Assembly: GCA_019347675.1 (NCBI GenBank)
Contig: JAHWKW010000004.1
Location: forward strand, 104,123 to 168,122
Origin: Actinomycetota bacterium
GTDB taxonomy: Bacteria > Actinomycetota > Nitriliruptoria > Nitriliruptorales > JAHWKO01
Direction of reading: 5' to 3'
Length of the DNA: 64,000 nt
A program made the translations under genes and the position numbers. Position 1 is the first letter of the stretch. Every line of letters begins with the position of its first letter. This document shows positions 55,800 to 64,000 of this stretch, piece after piece. The notes beneath the pieces were generated by a model. It had not been told where the DNA came from and searched no databases. It was given only the letters and a program-made list of their open reading frames with translations.

Positions 55800-56331
55800 T
55801 TGTGGTAGTAGAGACATGGCCGGCCGGTGCCCTCACAGCGGTCGTAGACGCCCTGCGAGCGCGACCGCATCGGGAACACCCGCAGGAACAGGTCCAGCGT
55901 CTCGCGGATCGCGTAGGCGTGGGTGTAGGGCCCGAAGCGCCGATCGGCCCGCGACCTCGGGTTGCGCATGACGCGTGCCCGCGGCACCTCCTCCGAGGTC
56001 GTCAGCACCAGGTACAGGTTACCTCTTGTCGTGGCGGTAGCGGACGTTGTACCGCGGCCGGTGTTCCTTTGATGAGGTTGTACTCGAGGTGGAGCGCCTC
56101 GACCTCGCCACCCACCACGATCCACTCGACCGACCGTGCCGCCTCGAGCATCGCCTGCGTGCGCGGCGGGATCAGGTGCCAGCCCTGGAAGTAGTTCGCC
56201 AACCGTTGCTTGAGCGATTTCGCCTTGCCGACGTAGACGACGCGTCCGTAGCGGTCACGCCACGGGTAGCACCCAGGCGCGTCGGGGACGGCACCGGGTC
56301 CTGGACGGAAGGCGAGCGCGGGGTTCTCCAC
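55800..56331 (-). pseudogene. UvrC-like N-terminal (GIY-YIG) fragment, two frame breaks, truncated
   Basis: PGCYPWRDRYGRVVYVGKAKSLKQRLANYF...VEWIVVGGEVEALHLEYNLIK, then EHRPRYNVRYRHDKR, then NLYLVLTTSEEVPRARVMR...RFGPYTHAYAIRETLDLFLRVFPMR...GRPCLYYHK across three frames. It ends where unrelated sequence begins. Confidence 0.65.
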
Positions 56332-56406
56332 GCCGCCATGGTACGGCCGGTGTCTCCACCGCTGTGGGGCGCCGGAGCGATCCACCGCGCCGAGCCGGTG
56401 CGATGG

Positions 56407-56823
56407 TCAGGGCGACCACGACGCCCAGCGCTCGACGGTGACGGCGATCACGGGCCCGCGGGGGGCAGTGTCCCGGTACGGCGGGTACTTCTCGACCAGC
56501 CGCTCGATCGCTTGCTCGCGAGCCGCTCCCGCCTCCACGATCCGTGCGGTGCCGTCCGCCCGGACCCACCACAAGCGTGACCAGTCGTCTTCGTAGTGGT
56601 CCACGATGACGCTGGCGACCGGGCGCGCCGCGATGTTCTTCAGCCGCTGGAGAGCGGTGGTCGTTTTCGGCTTGTGGTCGATCGCCGTGACGATCGTGCC
56701 GCGGCCGACGGCGAAGGTGATCGGCACGATGTGCGGACGCCCATCGGGCCGGACAGTGGCGAGCCGGGCAACCCGCGCTTGCGTCACCCGCCGCCGCAAC
56801 TCCGGGTCGAGGTCCTGCTCCAT
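56407..56823 (-). CDS. PPOX-class (pyridoxamine-5'-phosphate-oxidase-like) F420-dependent enzyme family protein
   Basis: 138 aa: ARVARLATVRPDGRPHIVPITFAV...LWWVRADGTARIV. Confidence 0.7.
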   Translation of the reverse strand: MEQDLDPELRRRVTQARVARLATVRPDGRPHIVPITFAVGRGTIVTAIDHKPKTTTALQRLKNIAARPVASVIVDHYEDDWSRLWWVRADGTARIVEAGAAREQAIERLVEKYPPYRDTAPRGPVIAVTVERWASWSP

Positions 56824-56997
56824 GCCCCCACCGTAGACGTCAAACCGCCTCCGCAGAGCGGGTCATGTGCCCACGGCTCGGCCCACCAGCACCTGCTGCC
56901 GCGTCTAGGCTGCTGGGGCCGTTGTCCAGTCGACTGGTCGCCGTACCGTGGCGCGCGGCGGCGGTCAGCGAGGTCAAGCCGGGCTGAGGAGAGAGCA

Positions 56998-57861
56998 GTG
57001 GACATCGGAATCGGTATCCCGAACACCGTCCCGGGCGCTACCGGCGCACAGTTGCTCGACTGGGCCCGTCGCGCCGAGGAGGCAGGTTTCTCGAGCCTCG
57101 CCACGATCGGAGTCGTGTCCTATCCGGGATACGAGGAGCTGACCGTCCTCGCGGCCGCGGGGGCGGTGACCGAACGCATCCGGTTGCTGTCCAACATCCT
57201 GATTGCCCCGGCGCGCAGCACCGCCGAACTGGCCAAACAGGCAGCCAGCGTCGATCAGCTCACCGGCGGGCGGCTCACGCTGGGCGTGGCTATCGGCTGG
57301 CGCGCGACCGACTACGAGCTCACCGGCCGGGACTTCGACAACCGCGGGCCGCGGTTCGACCAGCAGCTCCGCGAACTCCAGACCGCGTGGGCCGGGGAGC
57401 CGCTAGCGGAAGGGACGAGGCCGGTTGGGCCTGCTCCGGTGCAGCAGCCCGGCGTGCCGCTGCTCATCGGGGGAACAGCCGACGCGACCATCCAGCGAGT
57501 GGTCGAGTTCGGTATCGGGTGGACCGCCGGTGGCATGCCGCCAGACGCCGTGGGCGCCACGGCCGAGAAGGTGCGGTCGGCATGGAACGAAGCGGGCCGA
57601 GACGGGCAAGCCAGGATCGTGGCCCTTGCCTACTTCTCGTTGGGCGACACCGTCGAGGAGTCGCGCCGCAACCTGCTCGATTACTACGAGCCGATGGGCA
57701 GTGACACGGCCGAGATGATCGCCGACAGCGCACTGCGTTCCGCAGAGGCCATCACCGGTGCGATCGACGCCTACGCACGAGCGGGGGTGAACGAGCTCAT
57801 CCTCGACCCGACGGTCTCGCAGCCTGAGCAGGTCGATCTGCTGGCCGAGACGGTGCTCTAG
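56998..57861 (+). CDS. Luciferase-like monooxygenase (LLM) class F420-dependent oxidoreductase
   Basis: In-frame GTG 56998 (GGAGAGAG upstream) inside ORF 56596..57861. DIGIGIPNTVPG...AEEAGFSSLATIG...GGRLTLGVAIGW. Confidence 0.75.
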   Translation: MDIGIGIPNTVPGATGAQLLDWARRAEEAGFSSLATIGVVSYPGYEELTVLAAAGAVTERIRLLSNILIAPARSTAELAKQAASVDQLTGGRLTLGVAIGWRATDYELTGRDFDNRGPRFDQQLRELQTAWAGEPLAEGTRPVGPAPVQQPGVPLLIGGTADATIQRVVEFGIGWTAGGMPPDAVGATAEKVRSAWNEAGRDGQARIVALAYFSLGDTVEESRRNLLDYYEPMGSDTAEMIADSALRSAEAITGAIDAYARAGVNELILDPTVSQPEQVDLLAETVL

Positions 57862-57969
57862 AGCCTACTGTTCACGGGTGGTGTTGCTTACACGAACGTA
57901 AGTAGTCGGCTACTTCAACTGAGGTGGCCACGGCGTGAACGCTCTGGTCGTCCATCGTGCAGCATTCAT

Positions 57970-58194
57970 CGCGTCTCGCAGCCGTGTGGCTGGCGTTGGA
58001 CCGGCACACGCCAGGACGACAGCGTCCTGGACATGGCCGGTGTGATCGTCTGCGGCGTTCGCGCCGGGCGCATCGCCTGGGGTCGGCTCTACATCGAGCC
58101 GGTGAAGGCTACGGACAGCGGTGCGGAACATGACGAGCGGACCGTCAGACGGGGCGTGAAGCGCGGCACTTCGCACACCGCTGACCACGTCTGA
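57970..58194 (+). pseudogene. NTF2/SnoaL-like C-terminal fragment
   Basis: The frame starting 57991 reads WRWTGTRQDDSVLDMAGVIVCGVRAGRIAWGRLYIEPV. There is no start codon and no N-terminal half. Confidence 0.3.
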
Positions 58195-58345
58195 CTGCGG
58201 CAGTCGCGCCAGAGTGCCGTACGAGAAACGAAGCCAACATCAGGGCGCTACAAGCTGCTCGTTTGCCGAGTGCCGTGCGAGAGAGCTTGTAGGGTCGCCG
58301 CGGCTCGTCTCGCTCGCGACAGAGCCAAGGGCCGGAGGTGGAGCG

Positions 58346-59143
58346 GTGGGTGACTACACCCTTGCCCTCGACGAGGTCGAGCTCACCCGGTACCGGGACA
58401 TGGCCGAGGTTGCCCGGGCCCAAGAGGGTGACGCGTGGACGCGCGCGGGGATCGTGCCAGGCGCCGTCGTGGCGGACGTGGGATGCGGCCCGGCGGCGGT
58501 CACCGTCGCCATGGCCGACGTGGTCGGCGAGGACGGGCGTGTGATCGGCGTCGAGCGGGAGCCCGACACGCTGGCCGTCGCACAGCGGGTCGTCGCCAAC
58601 GCCGGTGCCCGGAACGTCGAGCTGCGACAGGGCCAGGCCACGGCGACCGGTCTCGAGCCCGGCTCGCTGGATGTCGCAGTGATGCGTCACGTCCTCGCCC
58701 ACAACGGCGGGCAGGAGCAGGCGATCGTCGACCACCTCGCGTCGCTGGTGCGACCTGGCGGTTCCGTCTACGTCATCGACGTCGATCTCACGGCGATCCG
58801 GATCCTCGACGCCGATCCGGACCTCGACGACCTCATCGACAAGTACGTCGAGTTCCACCGACGGCGCGGCAACGATCCCTGGATCGGGCTGCGGCTCGGC
58901 AAGCTTGCGACCGCGGCGGGCCTGACCTCCGTCGAGCATCGCGGCTGGTACGCGATCGTGCAGTTCGTGCCGGGCATGCGTCCGCCGGCGTGGGCCGCAC
59001 GCGACGCCATGATGACCGACGGGATCATCGACGAGGACGACGCTGCGCGTTGGGACGCAGCGTTCGCCCGGACCGACGCGGCGACGGTGCCACCGACGCT
59101 CTTAGCGCCGCTTTTCTCAGTGGTGGGTCGGCGTCCGGCTTGA
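58346..59143 (+). CDS. Class I SAM-dependent methyltransferase
   Basis: In-frame GTG 58346 inside ORF 58214..59143. Motif I VVADVGCGPAAV, post-I VIGVERE, VMRHVLAH. Confidence 0.8.
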   Translation: MGDYTLALDEVELTRYRDMAEVARAQEGDAWTRAGIVPGAVVADVGCGPAAVTVAMADVVGEDGRVIGVEREPDTLAVAQRVVANAGARNVELRQGQATATGLEPGSLDVAVMRHVLAHNGGQEQAIVDHLASLVRPGGSVYVIDVDLTAIRILDADPDLDDLIDKYVEFHRRRGNDPWIGLRLGKLATAAGLTSVEHRGWYAIVQFVPGMRPPAWAARDAMMTDGIIDEDDAARWDAAFARTDAATVPPTLLAPLFSVVGRRPA

Positions 59144-59714
59144 CGGGGGCGACTAGGCCTCGTCGATCTCGCCAGCCGTTCGCGCAGCTCTCGGATGCGG
59201 GCGTCGATCTCCCCTCGTCCTCTCGCTTCACAGGCGAGCTCCTGGAAGTAGGCGATCGAACTGCTGTCGCCCCCGGGGCTTCCTTCCGCCGCTGGCCGCA
59301 ACGACTCCCGCGTGGCTGCGGCAGTTCGCGCGCCGCCGACCAATGAACAACGCGGCAGTCGCGTCAGAGGGCCGGCATGAGGCGGTGAATCCTGTGGATG
59401 TCAGATCTACAGGAGGCGCACGGCCATGATCCATGACGTCACTCAGTCCGGCGTCCGCTGTGCGCGCTCGTCGACGATCTCGCGGATCGTGGGTGGTACG
59501 TGGTGCGAAGCCAAAGCGGTTCGCAGCCCAGACGCCACGTGACGAGGCGTGGGGACGCTGTTTCTCGCTCGCCACTCGGCGGCACGCGCTGGCCCTGGCC
59601 TGATCGCCAGGGTCAGCCGCCGTGGACTTCTCCACGCCACACGGTCTCGGCGGCGGGCGGGTGGAACCACGAGGGGCCCGGTCGCCCGGGCCCCTCGCGC
59701 TCCGACGCGTGTCG

Positions 59715-61655
59715 TCAGTTGCTGCGCGCCGTATCCCGGAAGATCCACAGCCCGCTGTCGCGGTCGCTGCCGAGGATCAGCGTCTCCCCGTTCTTGACGA
59801 ACGTCTCCACGCCCCAGAAGTCGTTGCCCTCGAGGTCGAGGTAGCCGCCGGTCTCAACGAGCTCGCAGGTGCTGGTGTCCGCCCGGTCGCTGCACCGGAT
59901 CTCCAGCGCGCGGATCCCTGCCGAGTAGTACGACAGGTAGGCCGCGTCCGCGTCTACGACGTGCGTGGCCACCTCGTGGACCGTGAGGTCCCCGAACCCG
60001 AAAGCGAACGCTGGGTCGTGCGCTTCGGCGACGGCGTAGGTGTCGAGCTCGGCGAGCGTCTTCGCGTCGAACAGGTGAACGTAACCCCAGCCGTCGAAGA
60101 CAGGCTCGAACTTCACGTGCTCGCCGACGTCGCCGATGGCCGGGTCGGACTCGGGATAGGTGTAGGTCACCTCGCTGGCGAAGAGCAGGTGGAAGGCGCG
60201 GTGGCCGATGCACACCGCGGGGATCCGCTCGTCGAAGTCGTGACCCTGCCCGCCGCAGATCTGCGCGTCGGGCGCGTCGCCCCCCTGCGCACCGCTGTGG
60301 TGGTTGGCGATAATCACGCCGTCGTACCCGGCGTCCTGGGCATTCTCGACTTTCGTCGAGAAGAAGCACGCCCCGTAGGATGCACTCGAGTCGCCGACGG
60401 GCCCGCGCTGGAGCACGACGATCCGCTCCTCTCCCGGGCCCACGTAGGGGTCGAGGACGGAGGCCGGCGGGATCGCGGTCGACTCGTCGCAGCCGTACCC
60501 GCCGTATATCGTCGGTCCGTTGAGCTTGCCGTCAGGCAGGGACTGGACCGGCGGGGTCCAGCCGAACTCGCCGGCGGGATACTCCCCGGCGAAGCTCCCC
60601 GTCTCGATGGTGAAGATCGATCGGTACGGCGCGAAGTCCTCGTCCGTGCCGATGAAGAAGCGGTTGTCCGCGGTGAACTCGGCCTGGTGGGCGTTGCCCT
60701 CGGGCGGCAGGGCGATGCCGGCCGACTCGAGCAGCTCGGGATCCGGGTTGTTGAACTCGGTGTCACCGAGGTAGACGGCGGCGGCCGGGTCGGTGACATC
60801 GAGCACCACGTAGCCGCCGTCCCAGTAGGACAGCAGCAGCAGGAACGCCGTGTCGATCTGCTTGACGACCATGTCGTGCAGAGACGACTGGCTCAGCCCG
60901 ATCTCGGGCTGGTCCACACCACCCGGGATGTACCGGTTGAGGTTGTACTCGGCGATTAGCCTCGGTCGGTACGGGTTGGTGATGTCGAGGATGTCCACGT
61001 CGGTGGTCTCGAAGTTGTCGACGATCACGACGTAGGCCCGGTCGCCGGCGTCCCAGGCGAACGCGCTGTGGATGTCGTTGGTGTCCGCGAACCCGCGGTC
61101 GCCGAAGTGCATCGACAACCGGAACGGCTTGCGCGGGTCGCTGACGTCCCACAGGACGACGCCGCCCTTGCCGTTCTTGCCGCACTGCTCGCTGTTCATC
61201 ACGAGCATCTGACCGTCGAAGAACTTGGTCGTGACCTCGACGACCTGCATCCCCTCGCCGGGACGGCTGTCCTGGTGGTGGGGGATGAACCCGGCCTGCG
61301 TTGGGTTGGCCGGATCGGAGATGTCGACGACGTACGCACCGGCGTCAGGGTTGTTGATGCCCCCCGCCTCGGAGTTGGCGGCGCAATCGGGGCGGCCCCA
61401 GTTCGCCAGGTAGGCCCAGTTGCCGTCGGGCGAGACGGCGACATCGGCGATGAGGTCGTCGATGTTCGTGAGGTCGAGCGTGCTGAGCAGTTCGATATTG
61501 CCCCAGGCCCCGCTGCCCGCGAGGTGACCGTCGAGGGCACCATGCTGGTGGGGGTGAGCGGTGGCGATGGTGCCGAGCGGCACCACCAGAAGCATCAGCG
61601 CTGTCGCGACTGCGACCAGCGCGCGCCGAAGTTGCATACGTGCGCGATCCTGCAT
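59715..61655 (-). CDS. Secreted LVIVD-repeat beta-propeller protein with inserted PA (protease-associated) domain
   Basis: Signal peptide (LVAVATALMLLVVPLGTIATA). Repeats such as AYVVDISDP, VVLWDVSDP, AYVVIVD, VDILDITNP, GYVVLDVTDP. PA-like RIVVLQRGPVG...CFFSTKVENAQDAGYDGVIIANH. Confidence 0.65.
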   Translation of the reverse strand: MQDRARMQLRRALVAVATALMLLVVPLGTIATAHPHQHGALDGHLAGSGAWGNIELLSTLDLTNIDDLIADVAVSPDGNWAYLANWGRPDCAANSEAGGINNPDAGAYVVDISDPANPTQAGFIPHHQDSRPGEGMQVVEVTTKFFDGQMLVMNSEQCGKNGKGGVVLWDVSDPRKPFRLSMHFGDRGFADTNDIHSAFAWDAGDRAYVVIVDNFETTDVDILDITNPYRPRLIAEYNLNRYIPGGVDQPEIGLSQSSLHDMVVKQIDTAFLLLLSYWDGGYVVLDVTDPAAAVYLGDTEFNNPDPELLESAGIALPPEGNAHQAEFTADNRFFIGTDEDFAPYRSIFTIETGSFAGEYPAGEFGWTPPVQSLPDGKLNGPTIYGGYGCDESTAIPPASVLDPYVGPGEERIVVLQRGPVGDSSASYGACFFSTKVENAQDAGYDGVIIANHHSGAQGGDAPDAQICGGQGHDFDERIPAVCIGHRAFHLLFASEVTYTYPESDPAIGDVGEHVKFEPVFDGWGYVHLFDAKTLAELDTYAVAEAHDPAFAFGFGDLTVHEVATHVVDADAAYLSYYSAGIRALEIRCSDRADTSTCELVETGGYLDLEGNDFWGVETFVKNGETLILGSDRDSGLWIFRDTARSN

Positions 61656-61842
61656 GGAACGCCTCCTGTCGAGTCTGAGCCGCTACGGGGACGCCCACCG
61701 ACCTCATCAGCCCGTCGCGGGGGATTCCGCCTTCGCGAGACGATCGCGAGCGCTGCATTATGTCTCAAATGCACTAGTTCCGCTACTCGGATCGGGTGTG
61801 GCCGGCTCGACCGTAACCGGTCCGACTGGCGCAGCCCCCGCC

Positions 61843-61992
61843 GCTGGGGAGAGGTCTTTCGGCGACGCCACCGTCGCCGCCGCGATGATCGACCGGCTCC
61901 TCCACCACGCCGAGGTCATCTCCCTGAAGGGCGACAGCTACCGCCTCAAGGACCGAGACCTCGGACAAGTCCCAAACGACGACGCAGCGTGA
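61843..61992 (+). mobile_element. IS21-family IstB helper ATPase, C-terminal ~45 codons only
   Basis: GERSFGDATVAAAMIDRLLHHAEVISLKGDSYRLKDRDLG, then stop. No upstream AAA+ core and no istA. Confidence 0.6.
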
Positions 61993-62649
61993 CCGCCAAC
62001 CGCGACCCAGGGGTCAACTTTCGACCGCCGACAGGGATCAGTTTTAAGCCGTTGACGATAAGGCGCAGCGACCGCGCTGCGCTGGACGTCACGGGATTCC
62101 GTCGTCAACGGGTGTCCGAGGTAACCGCCGGCCAAGAACGTGACAACGAACTCCACCGGCGGTCGCGTTTTGATGACCCTTATCGAGGCCCGATCGGGGA
62201 TCTTCGGTGCTGGTCGGGGAGATCGACGCGTTGGCCCACCGACTGTCGGGGATGGGTAGCGCGGTGATGGACTACGAGTTCGCGGTCTCGTCCTCAGGTC
62301 GACCTTGAGAGCAGGGCGCGCCTACTTGTAACCGCCGATACGTACCCGCCTACGATCACGGCAGAAACGACCGTCCACCGCGCCGTGTTGCTCAACTGTC
62401 GCGGAGAAGGCCCACGAGAACGGTCGATGCAGCCACGGAGAGGTTGCTGGGCGTGACCAGCGACGCGTAGCCGGCGGTGACCTGCGGCGTCCCTATGTGT
62501 CAGGCTGAGGCTGAGACACCTGGTGTAGTGCACATCACTCCCAGGGCGAGAAGGATCACCTGACCGATGACGATGACCCCAGCGGTGCTGGCGACGCGCG
62601 ACACTTGCCTCGTGGACCGGCACGAGAACGAGCACGACCCGGCGGCGCG

Positions 62650-62815
62650 TCGGCGCCGGCGGATGTTCCCCGCGGAGAAGAAGCTCGCCCTGCTGGCCGA
62701 GTACGACGCGGCCGATCGCGAGGGCAAGGGTGCGCTGCTGCGGGCGCCTCCGAGGATGCCGGCGCTACCTGGCGCAAGGACTTCGACCTGATCTTCGAGC
62801 GAACCGGTCGCTGAC
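62650..62815 (+). mobile_element. IS3-family OrfA remnant (frameshifted)
   Basis: RRMFPAEKKLALLAEYDAADREGKGALLR, then TWRKDFDLIFERTGR in another frame. No OrfB/DDE region follows. Confidence 0.4.
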
Positions 62816-62981
62816 GATCAATCACGAAGCGATGCAGACCAGGCGAATTCCGCGAGCGCCAGCTGCGCGGATGATGTCGGCAAGGGGCACGACCAGAACC
62901 ACGGCTCTCGCGTCGGCAATCCTGGGGCGATGAGATCGAGTCGCGTGCTTGGTCCACGCTTGTGCCGAAGGAAGGACGGAT

Positions 62982-63320
62982 GTGAGCAACGCCGACATCG
63001 TGCGGGCCTGCTTCGAAAGCTACGTCCGCCAAGACAGGGACCACGCCGAACGCCTCATCGGTGACCCCTTTGTATTTACCAGTCCCCAGGACGACCACAT
63101 CGATCGCGCCGCCTACTTCGAGCGATGCTTCCCGACGATGAACCGACTGAGACGGCATGAGCTCCTGCACGTGACGCCGACCGACGGCGACGACGTGTTC
63201 GTGCTGTACGAGTACGAGCTGACGACCGGCGAGGTCTTTCGCAACACCGAGGTGCTCACCGTACGGAACGGCCAGATCGTCGAGGCACAAGTCTTCTTCG
63301 GCGGTCGCGTCGACGCCTAA
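62982..63320 (+). CDS. NTF2/SnoaL-like family protein
   Basis: In-frame GTG 62982 (GAAGGA upstream). NADIVRACFESYVRQDRDHAERLIGDPFVFTSP...VLTVRNGQIVEAQVFFG. Confidence 0.6.
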   Translation: MSNADIVRACFESYVRQDRDHAERLIGDPFVFTSPQDDHIDRAAYFERCFPTMNRLRRHELLHVTPTDGDDVFVLYEYELTTGEVFRNTEVLTVRNGQIVEAQVFFGGRVDA

Positions 63321-63525
63321 GCGCCGTCGACCGCTTTGTGCGGATCTGCCCTGCCGCGGCCGCGCCCGAAGCCACGGCTTCCAGGTGCGTACACAAGAAC
63401 AGCCGAGTGCAGCTGGTATCCGACAGACGTCCGTCGTGTAGCTCTCAGGGGTCGCATGGTGCCCCGTGCGTTCGGTAGCGCCGGCTCTGAGCAGGTATCG
63501 GCACCCCCACTCTGCTCGGGGACCG

Positions 63526-64000
63526 TCAGGCAGCGGGTGCGCGCCGCATGGCCCACAGTGTCGGTCCGTCCGGCACGATGAGTTCGCGGGTCACCTCGAA
63601 ACCGTTGCGTTCGTACAGACGGATGTTCCGTGGCGACGTCGCTTCGAGGTACGCCGGCAACCCGACGGCGTCGCAGCGCTCGAGAACTGGCCGGAGCAGG
63701 GCCGAGCCGATACCCCTTCCCTGGTGTTCGGGACGTGTGCCCACCACCGGCAGGTAGTAGTGGCCCTCATGCGGGTGATGTTCGTTCAGGACCTCGAAGA
63801 GTTCGAGCATCGATTCGCTGAACTCCGCGGTGGCATGGACGATCTCGGCGGCGAAGGCCTCTGTGTCTTCATCGGGCATATCGAGAGCGTCGGGAGGCAC
63901 CCACAGTGCAGCACCGTCGCAGTCCGCGGTCGTGTAGACCTCGTCGTGTTCGTGGCTTGCGGCAGCCATCAGTTCGAAGAAGCCAGGCATGATCTGCCGC
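63526..64000 (-). CDS. GNAT family N-acetyltransferase (5' end probably beyond the window)
   Basis: YYLPVVGTRPEHQGRGIGSALLRPVLERCDAVGLPAYLEATSPRNIRLYERNGF. The listed Met at 63990 is likely internal. Confidence 0.7.
   Translation of the reverse strand, partial: RQIMPGFFELMAAASHEHDEVYTTADCDGAALWVPPDALDMPDEDTEAFAAEIVHATAEFSESMLELFEVLNEHHPHEGHYYLPVVGTRPEHQGRGIGSALLRPVLERCDAVGLPAYLEATSPRNIRLYERNGFEVTRELIVPDGPTLWAMRRAPAA

Noticed and set aside
59156-59343. A possible small coiled-coil ORF (…YFQELACEARGRGEIDARIRELRERLA…) downstream of the methyltransferase
   Set aside because: It needs a frameshift to terminate sensibly (GEIDEA stop). No start context and no recognisable family, so the support is insufficient.

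Overview
High-GC (about 70% by eye) actinobacterial chromosomal window; MshD (mycothiol), BldC, F420-type enzymes and a Tad/Flp locus support that placement. All calls rest on hand translation and motif recognition, with no searches run. Start codons are approximate.

Contents, left to right:
- A class A PBP (its 3' end runs off the window) and mshD.
- A tRNA-Lys/Asp/Phe cluster. A decayed ~4.1 kb integrative element sits in tRNA-Phe: a 49-nt att repeat, two broken tyrosine recombinases, and an intact RES-Xre toxin-antitoxin pair.
- A Gmad2-LysM protein.
- A membrane protein / cupredoxin / histidine kinase / LuxR-type regulator operon whose kinase frame is broken.
- A vapC remnant, cspA, and a 62-bp tandem repeat.
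- A herA / phosphoesterase / sbcD / sbcC / nurA-like operon in the archaeal gene order.
- bldC and a Leu/Val dehydrogenase.
- Purine genes (purS, purQ, purL, purF, purM) split by unrelated inserts: an HExxH membrane protein between purS and purQ, and a processive GT2 synthase module between purM and purF.
- A LysM-repeat / TcpC-like / atypical Ser-Thr kinase operon, convergent with a divergent FtsH paralogue.
- A Tad/Flp pilus locus whose CpaF/TadA ATPase gene lacks its 5' two-thirds.
- From ~50.7 kb on, a mosaic accessory region: an HxlR-cupin pair, a low-GC orphan HEPN-like gene, gene debris (IS5, IS21, IS3, DUF6788, uvrC-like), F420-type enzymes, a methyltransferase, and an LVIVD/PA-domain secreted protein.

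No rRNA, CRISPR array or convincing riboswitch was seen. Many of the longest ORFs in the track are antisense shadows of real genes.
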